DNA of 64,000 nucleotides, from assembly GCA_951406725.2 (NCBI GenBank), contig OX597815.1, positions 38,564,001 through 38,628,000 on the forward strand, written 5' to 3'. Below the pieces are notes generated by a model, which saw only the letters and a program-made list of their open reading frames with translations, had not been told where the DNA came from and did not search any database. A program made the position numbers and the translations under genes. This document shows, in pieces, positions 1 to 12,782 of this stretch (within the stretch, counting starts at the first letter, position 1; each line of letters opens with the position of its first letter). Source of the DNA: Octopus vulgaris. Lineage: Eukaryota.

Positions 1-446
1 CACATAGCTAGCTAGAGGCGATGGCCTCTTGGAGCTAATCAACGGCAGCATTCGTCCTGTTTTTCTGGACTACCATGTTAGCTTGGCGATAACTATTAAT
101 ATCCAGTATCGCTGCCATTGTCTCCTTTAGAGAGAATTAGAAATAATATTTCTAATTTTGAAAACCAGTGAATCTATTCCACTGAATATAGGTAAATAAT
201 CCTCCGAATAGTCGATCAGCAGTGACGCCTGCTGGGTTCGGCTACTCCACATTGATAAGAGGCAAGCACCTCGAAACTAGTCTGTGGATGCCAGACCAGC
301 AAGGGGAAGCTGCTGACCTCCCCTGTTCGAAGGTTATAATGGACACAGGTTTGTGTGTCACATAGCTAACCTCTTGGAGCTAATCAACAGCAGGATTCCT
401 CCTATTTTTCTGGACTCCCATGTTAGCTTGGCGATAACTATTAATA
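1..446 (+). repeat. Tandem ~358-bp non-coding unit with hammerhead ribozyme (retrozyme-like, family A); runs off the window start
   Basis: 1-101 recurs, diverged, at 359-446 (cacatagcta...gcgataactattaata). The unit has several hairpins (aattagaaata/tatttctaatt, gacaca/tgtgtc, agggga/tcccct) and an HHR at 230-301. Confidence 0.75.
230..301 (+). ncRNA. Type I hammerhead ribozyme, U3-A8 core variant
   Basis: tccaca-TTGATAA-gagg(caagca)cctc-GAAAC(ta)GTC-tgtgga. Stem I extends via ggc/gcc and tgctgg/ccagca with a tac/t internal loop. Predicted cleavage after C282. Confidence 0.8.
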
Positions 447-662
447 CTTATTCTATCGTCTACGATATAATAACAGAACTAATAGTGTTGCTATTTTCTT
501 CTAAACAGCCAGATATCTGAGATTTTAAAATGGAAAATAAAAGGTGTGTATGTCACGCTTTTCCTTCGGCATTAGACTCATTATATAAACCGAAATGCTT
601 CCAGCAAAATATTGTGTCTGGAAGGTAGACTGCGCTTTCTATGACATTTTTCTACAATGAAC

Positions 663-819
663 GGCGCAAGCGTAGCTGTGTCGTAAGAAGTTTGCTTCAC
701 AACCATATGGTTCGTGTTCAGTTTCACTCATGTGACTGAATTTGTAGGTGACGCTACTTTTCTTTGAAGGACACACTTGGGAGTGAATTTGGTAGATGGA
801 AACTAAGTAGCCCGTTGGC

Positions 820-896
<77 letters not shown>

Positions 897-1075
897 GTAT
901 GTGTGTGTGTTTTGTCCAAATCTCTAAGAAAATTAAAATTTATATATATATATATATATATATTATATTCAATTAGAGATAAAACCACTGTTAGGCAAAT
1001 ATATGCCAGGTGGTGCTATTAAGTTAGACATGGCCTGGGCCAATACTGGCCAAAACCTTTCTAAGTTATTCTAAG

Positions 1076-1108
<33 letters not shown>

Positions 1109-1330
1109 TGTGGGAGTGTGTGCGTCTTTGTGTCTGTTTGTCCCAACTACTGCTTGACAACCGGTGTTGATTTGTTTACATCCCCGTAACTTAGTGGTTC
1201 GGCAAATGAGACGGTAGAATATATCCCAGGCTTAAAAGGAAAAATAAGTTTTGTGCTCGAATCGTTCGACAAAAATTTCTTATGGCGGCGCTCCACCATG
1301 ACCACAGTGTAATGACTGAAACAAGTAAAT
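663..1330 (+). mobile_element. tRNA-derived SINE family 1 (internal TA/TG microsatellite), interrupted
   Basis: Head ggcgcaagcgtagctgtgtcgtaag and tail gcggcgctcca...gactgaaacaagtaaa; homologous to copies at 35819 and 61640. Confidence 0.8.
1003..1080 (+). mobile_element. 3' tail fragment of CR1-group LINE
   Basis: caggtggtgctattaagttagacatggcctgg...ctaagtt repeats match the 3' end of the LINE at 40835-40913. Confidence 0.75.
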
Positions 1331-1460
1331 TATAGAAAATAATTATAAAGGCCAGATTCGGAAACAAACCATCTTTAACGATAAAGTAGTGACAACCATA
1401 AGACTAATTATAGGTTACTGCTAATTCGAATCATAAATTCCATGTAATTTTGAAATTATA

Positions 1461-2795
1461 TCAGGCTGAGTAAAACGTAAGCAACGTTTTGAAACAGGAA
1501 ATTCGTCGCAATGAAATTCAACAATGCGGAAATTTTATTCATCAAAGTATCATTACCATCAACACATTTTTTGCCAATGGGTTACACGTTTGTTTATTCT
1601 GGTAACATAACGATCTGGAGTTCTGGAGTTGTTGAACTCTTTGAACGAACTTTCAGCATCGGTTTGATTTTTTTAACTCCTTCTCTCGCAGGAAACCATC
1701 AAGATACTTGAAAAAGTGGTAGTCAGTAGGAGAAACATCTGGGGAATGAGCTGTGTGGGAAGAACTTCGTAGCCAAGCTCCCCCCATTAATGGAGCGTGG
1801 AATTATTTGCTCTCTTCTTTTGACCAGTCTGAGACGGAGGAGTAGCAGATTTTCGTTCATTGTGGCTATTTCATGGCAATAAGTTTCTGTAGTAATGGCT
1901 TTTCCGGGTTTTAAGAAGTCATAGTGCAGGAGTCCAGCAGTACACCTCCAAACAGTAACCATAACCTTCTTTTTGAAGAGCTCGGGATTAGGGAAGGTTT
2001 TCGGTGCTCCATCTTGGTCCAACCAAAATTGTAAAGAATCCACTTTTCATCGCAGGTTACAATACGGTCGAGAAATGGATCGGTCTGATGACGGAGAAGA
2101 AACGACGAGCAAATTTAATATCTGCGCATTTTCTGATTTTCATTCAAATTGTGTGGTAGCCATTTGTATTATCAGACAATTTCAAAAAAATGTTTTAAAA
2201 ATATTCTTCATGGTCCAAATCGTTGCTTGCTTACCTTTCACTCCACCTGATAGAATGCTCGAGAGCGATTGCACATTTTTGATTCCACTTTTTTTAATTT
2301 TCCGATCGCATGCAACGTTGCAGGTAGTTTTCTGGCTAATTTGAAGTTCTTTTGCCAGTTCTCGGGTGGTTTTACGTGGATCTGTCTCAATGACGGTCTT
2401 TAATTCACCATCAACGATGACAGATGGGCGTCCGCTACGCTCACGATCTTCAAGGCTCAGGTCTCCACTGCGAAATCGTTTAAACCATTTTCGAGTTGAC
2501 CACCCACTGGTCATTTCTTCACCAAATATTTCGTTGATATCGCGAGCAGTTTCAGCTGCTTTACGTCCTTTTTTGAAGTTGAATAACAAAGTTGCTCGAA
2601 TGCTGCACTTTGACATTCCATTGCAGATGATTGTAACAAAAGTGAGAAAAATATCTATGTTAACTTATTGATGCATTTGAGCAAGTCTATGTCTGTATTA
2701 TCAGATAATTGCGAAAAGTTTTCTTTTCAGAACTCTGCAAAAATCCGCTCCAATTCTTCATGGTCCAAAGCGTTGCTTCCTTTTACTCAACCTGA
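1461..2795 (-). mobile_element. Mariner DNA transposon, defective transposase
   Basis: TIRs tcaggctgagtaaaa...gcaacg / cgttgc...ttttactcaacctga with TA on both sides. ORF 2182-2616 has the mariner HTH (KAAETARDINEIFG, WFKRFRSGD, RSGRP). ORF 1723-2043 has KKVMVTVW/G.TIT...YC of the catalytic domain. Confidence 0.9.
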
Positions 2796-4116
2796 TAGAA
2801 TGCTAGAGGCTACTGCGCATTTTTCATTCCATTCTTCTAAATATTTTACACCTTGCGTTTCAAGAATGAATGAATAATGATGATATCAACATAAAAAAAA
2901 ACAGGACACAGCGTTTCCATACAGAGGCGAATTACAATTCTTCGTATCTGCTTTACATTGTCAATCACATTTTACATACCGAATAAATGAGCTTTCCGAA
3001 TCTTATATAGATATATAGATAATTAGATACATACATACATACATACATACATACATACATACATACATACATGTGTGTTTGTGTGTGTGTGTATACATAC
3101 GCATCTACGTACGTATGTATGTATTTATTAAGTTTATTAAGTCAATGTTATCCAACCGTATGCTAACAGTATTTTGATTTCATTTTCAGATATTCTGTAG
3201 ATTTTCTATAGAATTCAGAGCCGTCACTCTTAGTTACGTGTTGTAAACATGTACGGCTATATAAACAATATAATAGAAAAAAGATATCATATGTATATTA
3301 TATATTCTAGCGAAATTTGAGTATTTTACTTATAGTTTTATTCACTTTGTCCCGAAATTTTCGCTACTGATATCACCAAACAGTTCATGAAATCACCATG
3401 TAATAAATTACTTATCGATTTTAATTTAACGAAAACCGTGACGCGCATTATGTAATTTTTCATGGAATGCGGCTAGGCGTGCCTCTCTAATCAATTCACT
3501 AATGTTATAATGGTAATCAGCAGCTACAGACTGTTTAGAAACTTTAATGTATAGTGATTTGTATTTCTTCTCATTGTGTTTATTTAAACATTTCATTGCG
3601 GATATCCACGATATACCATTTGGCTAAGTAAATCTACTTCTCATATAATATTGAATCATTGACAAAAGACTGTTATGATAAGCAGAAAGTGCTGAATAGT
3701 TTAGTTTTTCTTGCGCATTGTTAAGGGCACAATTTAGAATTGCCATCGGTCAATTGGATAATTTCATGTAATTCTTGAAACAGGAATGAGAAAAATGTTA
3801 TTTCTTTGTTTTTGTTTTTAATTGTTAACGGAAAATACTAATAATAATTCTCTAAATGAGATATAGACAGTAACTGCAAAATACATTTGCTGATTTCGAA
3901 AATCTGTTCGACAGCAATAATAATTCTCTAAATGAGATATAGGCAGTAACTGCTCCATAACATAAGGGACTAAAGCCATCTGAATATGGCTAGGGATAGG
4001 GCAGGGTGGTGGGGGTGTTACTGTTGCATTTAGCTCCAGGCGAACATCAACGTCGCCAGATAGGCTTGACACTATCACGGTGTCCTTTATCCTGCAAAGG
4101 GAGATAATTCCCCGAT

Positions 4117-4190
4117 GAAGCGGAAACCACACACGGACCTAGGTTTCAAGGTGTATTGCCTATCATCAACGTGTGGTAGGCCCCCGCTTC
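4117..4190 (-). ncRNA. Type I hammerhead ribozyme (family B copy 1)
   Basis: Reverse complement of the motif at 4301-4374. Confidence 0.8.
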
Positions 4191-4300
4191 CTCGACGAAC
4201 AACCCACTCTGCAGGATATTTATATATAGATTTTCAAGCAAAATACATTTGCTGATTTCGAAAATCTGTTCGACAGCAATAATAATTCTCGTTCGTCGAG

Positions 4301-4374
4301 GAAGCGGGGGCCTACCACACGTTGATGATAGGCAATACACCTTGAAACCTAGGTCCGTGTGTGGTTTCCGCTTC
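4301..4374 (+). ncRNA. Type I hammerhead ribozyme (family B copy 2)
   Basis: cacacg-TTGATGA-t-agg(caataca)cct-t-GAAAC(ctag)GTC-cgtgtg. Extended stem I gaagcgggggcc/ggtttccgcttc with a tac/t loop. Predicted cleavage after C4355. Confidence 0.85.
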
Positions 4375-4662
4375 ATCGGGGAATTATCTCCCTTTGCAGG
4401 ATAAAGGACACCGTGATGGTGTCAAGCCTATCTGGCGACGTTGATGTTCGCCTGGGGCTAAATGCAACAGTAACACCCCCACCACCCTGCCCTGTCCCTA
4501 GCCATATTCAGATGGCTTTAGTCCCTTATGTTATGGAGCAGTTACTGTCTATATCTCATTTAGAGAATTATTATTGCTGTCGAACAGATTTTCGAAATCA
4601 GCAAATGTATTTTGCTTGAAAATCTATATATAAATATCCTGCAGAGTGGGTTGTTCGTCGAG

Positions 4663-4736
4663 GAAGCGGGGGCCTACCACACGTTGATGATAGGCAATAC
4701 ACCTTGAAACCTAGGTCCGTGTGTGGTTTCCGCTTC
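4663..4736 (+). ncRNA. Type I hammerhead ribozyme (family B copy 3)
   Basis: Same motif 362 nt downstream; predicted cleavage after C4717. Confidence 0.85.
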
Positions 4737-4906
4737 ATCGGGGAATTATCTCCCTTTGCAGGATAAAGGACACCGTGATAGTGTCAAGCCTATCTGGCGA
4801 CGTTGATGTTCGCCTGGGGCTAAATGCAACAGTAACACCCCCACCACCCTGCCCTGTCCCTAGCCATATTCAGATGGCTTTAGTCCCTTATGTGGAAAAT
4901 ACTAAG

Positions 4907-5307
4907 TTACTCTTTTACTCTTTTACTTGTTTCAGACATTTGACTGTGGCCATGCTGGAGCACCGCCTTTAGTCGAGCAAATAGACACCAGGACTTATTC
5001 TTTGTAGGCCTAGTTCTTATTCTATCGATCTCTTTTGCCGAACCGCTAAGTTACAGGGAATGTAATCACACCAGCATCGGTTGTCAAGCGATGTTGTGGG
5101 GACAAACACAGACACACAAACATATACACACGCATACATATTATGACGGGCTTCTTTCAGTTTACGTCTACCAAATCCACTCACAAGGCTTTGGTCGGCC
5201 CGAGGATATAGTAAAAGACACTTGCCCAAGGTGCCACGCAGTGGGACTGAACCCAGAACCATGTGGTTCGTAAGCAAGCTACTTACCACACTGCCATTTC
5301 TATGCCT
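4907..5307 (-). mobile_element. SINE family 1
   Basis: Reverse complement of the 35819-36235 consensus, with gtaaaaga tail repeats. Confidence 0.85.
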
Positions 5308-7112
5308 ATAAGTTGCATGATATTCTTAATGATTTTTTTTCTATTAACTTCATATATATGTCTTCGAATTAGTTGTTATTCTAATACTGATTAGATGGCA
5401 GAAATGGTAGACGAACTGAATAAAAGCAAACTTAACAGTACTATTCTATTTGCGTTCTTTGTTCAAATCTCTCCTGGATGTCTGCTTTCACCATTCAGGG
5501 GTCGATATTATTTCTTTCAAAAGAAAGAAATAATAATGTAATTTGTTCAGTTAACCGTACAACACGACAGGCTTAGGGCAAGTAAAAGAAAATCGATATT
5601 TCAGTGTCTGAAGATAGTTTAGTCGGGAAGATTCCCCTCAAGTAGCTGAAATATAAACAGTTCACATTTTGTTGCCAGTGTTGCTGTCTTATGACACTTA
5701 ATTTCTATAGCTATAAATATGTAAATGTATAATATGAAGTAAAATTCAGTGGAATCATTGTATAGTTGATCACGCTTTTATTAGACTGCTTGTATGCTGA
5801 GATCAAAAGTTTTCACTAACTATTAGAAGGCAATGAACAGCATCGTTAATTTGCCATTAAGTGTATAACACGTGGTTTCGTGATCTGACAGACATATAAA
5901 ACAAAAGTCTCTCAGATTATGCATGGTGTTTCTGATAATCATATTAGTATTGCTGTCTTCTCATCACATTGGCCCTTTCTCGGGTTTAACGGAGTGTAAC
6001 TAATTACCAGTAATGTGATTTAATCGGGAAGCAGTACATTACCGGTATTTTGTCTCAACGAATCACTTCAGTTGAATATAGGTAGTATATAAAAATAAAG
6101 GCCACTGTCGACCTTTTTTTCTTTTTCCTTTTTGTCTTTCTAGTTACTATGATTTTTACTTATTTTCACTTGGGGAAGCCGTGATATAATATATTCCTAC
6201 ACAGACACAAGAAAAAACAAAATCATGAAATCTAAAGTATTCTCAACACACCTTGATAACCTTTTTCAAAGATGTCCTTCTAAAGAACGTGATGACACAA
6301 AAATTAATTGAAGGAAGCAGGTCATTGGCTACTAACGCTTTATCAATAATGCAAATGTTATTTACCTTAGTTATGCTTTAATCCCAGGTGATGAATAAAA
6401 TAATGGCTAGAAAACAAAATTAGTAAAAGAGACACAAAGAAAAGGTATAATTCTATGGTGGGTCAGAATCTAATAGGGTAGTTAACGATTTGCAGCCATG
6501 TTTGAATGTCTTTATATTAAGATTGAATAAATAAACTAAGTAACGTATCGTTGTCATTTACTCTGTATAGAGACGGAAACCAAATGAGGAGAGACAAGTA
6601 TTGAACACTGTCGACTCAGGTAGGAATTGAATTAATAAACTGGAAAAGTACTATTTACTTTATATGATGGTGAAACGAAGAGAACTAATTATCAAATAAT
6701 AGAATATTTATTTTGAATAGCTATTATTGAGTATTTAACTCTCTTTATCTCAGAAGAGGTAACACATGAGTTATTAAGCCTATACTTTTCTCAGGAAAAA
6801 CTAATGACATACACTACATGAAATAGAATCGAAAACAGAATCGAATTCTAAGATACAAACAAATCTACTTAGTGGCTTAAATATATACTTAGTGATATTT
6901 GCTTTGAACAAAATATCCAAAATATTTTCAGCAACAATAAGTATCAATCTAGTGAGATTTACTTCACTGCAGTAACAATATCACTTGACACATTAAGATA
7001 TTATAATTCGTTACTTGAAATAAGACACTCTCAGTAGCTAGACATTGTTCCCATTCTAGGTAAAAATAATTATTACTCAGTACATGTATGATTTATGAGT
7101 TTTTTAACATAG

Positions 7113-7271
7113 GGTCAGGCGGGGCTGTTTGGTAAGGAGTCTGATTCCTAACCACATCGCTCTTGATTTTTTCTCAGTGTGTGGCATCCTGGACAAGTGT
7201 CTTCTACAGCCTCGGGCCAACCAAAGCTTTTTGAGTGCATTTGGTAGACGGTAACTGACAGAAACAAGTCC

Positions 7272-7317
<46 letters not shown>

Positions 7318-7512
7318 TCTTTGTGTCTGTGTTTACCCCCTCACCGTTTGACAACCGGTTTGTTTACGCCAAGAAAACCGACAGAATAGGTACCAGGCTT
7401 TAAAAAGTAAATAAATACTGGGATCAAATCATTCAACTAAAACATTCTTCAAGGTGGTGCCCCAGCATGGCTGCAGTCTAATGACTGAAACAAGTAAATG
7501 ATAAAAGATAAA
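7113..7512 (+). mobile_element. SINE family 1, diverged
   Basis: caagtgtcttcta...ttggtagacgg, internal (TA)n, tail gactgaaacaagtaa. Confidence 0.8.
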
Positions 7513-7957
7513 ACGATAGCTGAAAATCTAGCCTTTTCACAATTTCGTTACAGTGGAAAGATTAGATTTTTTTTCCTTCTTCACTGTAAGCCAACTTGAT
7601 CCACCCTTCGATTGCTTATACACATTAGTTGTCGAAGCAAACCATCACTGCTTTCCTCATATCCTACTGTTCATTATACCATTTATACTAGTCATCGTTC
7701 AGATAATTAAATGCGATCTATTTTCATTATACTTGAGTCGATTTTAATCTTTTAGAGAAAATTCAACACACTTAGAACTCACCAACCACATTTCTTTTTT
7801 TTTTTTTCATTTTACATGTTTCAGTCATTAGACTTCAGCCATGTTGGGGTACCAATTTGTAATCGAATGAATTGACCCAATTGCTCTTTAATTTGTATAC
7901 TGAAAAGAGTTTTTGAAATTTTTCACAGTGGATTTAATATTCATCTTATCTTTACAG

Positions 7958-7994
7958 AAATGTCTCCCGTTCAGCAAAATCTAAAGTTATCAAG
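7958..7994 (+). other. Possible 37-bp host micro-exon
   Basis: Pyrimidine tract plus tttacag acceptor and AAG|gtaaga donor. No homology evidence. Confidence 0.25.
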
Positions 7995-8740
7995 GTAAGA
8001 GAACAGCTATGTCTCTGTTTTGTAGTTATTTTTGTGTGTATGTGTGTGAGTATTGTGTGTAAGTGTATGCGCATTTCCATGTGGATGAAATTCTATGTAT
8101 GCCTTTTGCAGTTATTTGTGCGTGTGTGTGTGTACCAGTGTATGTGAATCAAAGTGTCTGTGCACTTTTACATGTACATGCATATATGCATGAGTACATC
8201 TGAACACTCTTTAAAACTAATCATGTAGTTATAGATTTGTATTTTAGAATTCATTTTATTTTATAGATTTGTCTTTTGGAATTCATTTTATTTTCAGTTT
8301 ATATATATATGTGTGTGTGCGTATGTGTGTGTGTGTGTGTGTGTGTGTTTGTGTGTGTTTGTGTGCGTGTGTGTGTGTATGTGTGGGTGTGTCTGTATAT
8401 TACATATTTCTTTGCACTGAAAAATAACCTTCAAGAATGCAATTTCAAAATCTACTACGAAAGAATTTCAATCCACCTACTTCACTAATACTCTTGAAAA
8501 GCCGTAAACACCTCAGAATATTGCTTCCCATCGAAAACAAACTCGGTGCTTTGTGACTATTTAAGAAATCAATAGATTACATAATTCACCATGCCTATAT
8601 TTTCGATATTTTTCTGAATCCAAATTTGCTTTTTAGTAATTGTCAATGAGTAGCACGTTCTTTAGAAAAAACACGTTTTTAGAATTCATTTGTTGAGAAT
8701 TGATCTGAATTCCTGTCTTCTCCACACATTTGAGGAATTA

Positions 8741-9065
8741 AGGAGCACTCCGTCAGTTACGACGACGAGGGTCCCAGCTGATACGATCAAAGGAACAGCT
8801 TGCTCGTGAAATTAAAATACAAGTGACTGAGCAATCCACAGACACGTGTACTCCTAACGTAGTTCTCAGGGGGATTCAACGTGACACAGAGTATGACAAG
8901 GCCGGCCCTTTGAAATACAGGTACAACTCATTTTTGCCAGCTGAGTGGACTGGAGCAACGAGAAATAAAGTGCCTTGCTCAAGGACTCAACGCGTCGGCG
9001 GGAATCAAACTCACGACCTTACAATCGTGAGCCGAATGCCCTAACCACTAAGCCACGCGCCTTCA
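8741..9065 (-). mobile_element. tRNA-derived SINE family 2
   Basis: On minus: gtgaaggcgcgtggcttagtggttaggg (A box), gagtttgattccc (B box), then ttgagcaaggcactttattt...ccagtccactcagctggcaaaaatgagt; related copies at 26418 and 26875. Confidence 0.8.
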
Positions 9066-9534
9066 CTATGATGAACTAAATCTAGTACACATGTAGGATT
9101 TCTTTCGTTTACAGTTCTTTAATTAACAAAGCAATCAAGTAAATTACCAATTTAACCACAATCTGTTAGGTATTTTTCAACACGACAATTTAGGTAAAGA
9201 CACTGAACAGTCATTAAAAGATAATTACTAACCATAGGAGAGGTATAACTTATGTTTCATCTACTATTGTACCCAAACGAAAAAATACAATCACTCAATC
9301 TTGTTCTAAAGTTTCATATACTCGTATGGACGTGAAGTATGGAAAAAAAAGCAACTTGACGATTGGAGAATAAGGATTTGAGGAAGGACTTGTGCAAGCC
9401 TAGTCTAATATCTACACTGAAATTTAAGTTACTTTCCTCAAGTAGTAAATAATTATTGATTGAAATGCAGCCTTGTATTTTGTTTACTGTGGATTGTTTG
9501 GAATTTTTACAGAGCATTACCCAGTATCGCTAAA

Positions 9535-10335
9535 ATTAGGAAATCAATATCAAAACTCCTCAGAAAGATTTACACATCTGAAAAATAATTGTTGTATTAA
9601 AAATATATAAATAAATAAATATAAATATGTATAAAAATATATGTAAATATGTATAAGTATAAATATATAATGTATATGACAGTTTAAAAGTTTTGAATTA
9701 ATTATTTAAAGCATCTTAAGATCGTTTCACAGAAAAGTTGTCCCTATAATGAAATCCTATCTTTGATAAGTAATTATAGACAACGCTTCTGCTCTTCAGA
9801 GATATAAAATTTGGATTCTGTATAACATATCGAATGATAGTTTTCTTTTCTTAAAATTGAAGTAAAACTATAAAAGGTTGTTTGTTTGAAAGATAAATTA
9901 AAATTAAAAATTACTGCTTTTGATGAGTCTTTAAATTCATATATACTTCCTTGGTTATTCTTCTTCAATAATCCATAATATTCATATGTAAAATCCGTTA
10001 TATTATCTTGTATTCCAAATATAGTTCATATAGTTAGCTTAGAAGTGTGAAATTTCTATATACTTTAGTATGAGAATCTTGAAATTCACATTCTTCCTGG
10101 TAATTCCTATGTAGCAATCCATAATGCTTTTGTTTTGGTAATTCCTCTGTAGCAATCCATAATACTTTTGTATAAAATTCATTATATTATCCGGTAATCC
10201 AAATATAGTTCATAATACAAAATCAAATTATATTTCAAATTAAATGGGAAGTTATAAAATTATAAACTGGTCAAAATATAGCTTTTATATTTTTATTTCT
10301 ATAATTTGAAGATGCCAATTTAAATTTTATAGACA
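9535..10335 (-). repeat. Inverted copy of the PLE terminal repeat (pLTR)
   Basis: Reverse complement of 12700-12782 joined to 16473-17184; near-identical spurious 64-aa ORFs at 9774-9968(-) and 16767-16961(+). Confidence 0.85.
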
Positions 10336-10559
10336 ATCCTCCCATCAAATTTCCGATGGTGTAATGTCAGTATTATTTTTTGGCTAAAATTATAGCTTTA
10401 TTTATTAAAATTGGTGATACTGATGCGTAATAATTGTTGGTATCAAATTGTAAAAATGATAAGTTTGTCTTATTGAGTAATAAATGGAACCAAGATATTA
10501 CTTCTCTTGTACTGAACCATAGGTTATAATTTAGTTTTTTCTTTAATGCAGGTATAATT

Positions 10560-12400
<1,841 letters not shown>

Positions 12401-12487
12401 TAGGAAATCTAATAAAGATTTGGATTAATAGATATATATAGATTCTTCCTTTTTTTGTGATATTAAAATATAGGGTGATACTTACAA

Positions 12488-12547
<60 letters not shown>

Positions 12548-12782
12548 ACTGATTAGAATTATTTGACTATATGTAAATTTACAAGACATAAATTATAAAT
12601 TATACATTAAATAAAGATTGAATAAATATTCTTTGAATTAGAACCCGGGTATATCTAATCTATAACAATTGGACAGTTATAATTGCATTGAATTTAAAAA
12701 TCTGAAATTTTAATTGGCATCTTCCAATTATAAAAATAAAAATATGAAAGAAATATTTTGACCAATTTATAATTTTTTAACT

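Larger units (their letters stand above)
3842..4893. mobile_element. Inverted multimer of a 362-bp hammerhead-bearing unit (retrozyme-like, family B) with 12-bp TSD
   Basis: Minus array 3842-4290 and plus array 4291-4893 (period 362: 4291 vs 4653). ggaaaatactaa is duplicated at 3830-3841 and 4894-4905. Confidence 0.85.

Noticed and set aside
3818-4972. Three similar ORFs beginning MWFPLHRG
   Set aside because: GTG starts, different C-termini, and they overlap the ribozyme repeat; a by-product of the repeated non-coding unit.
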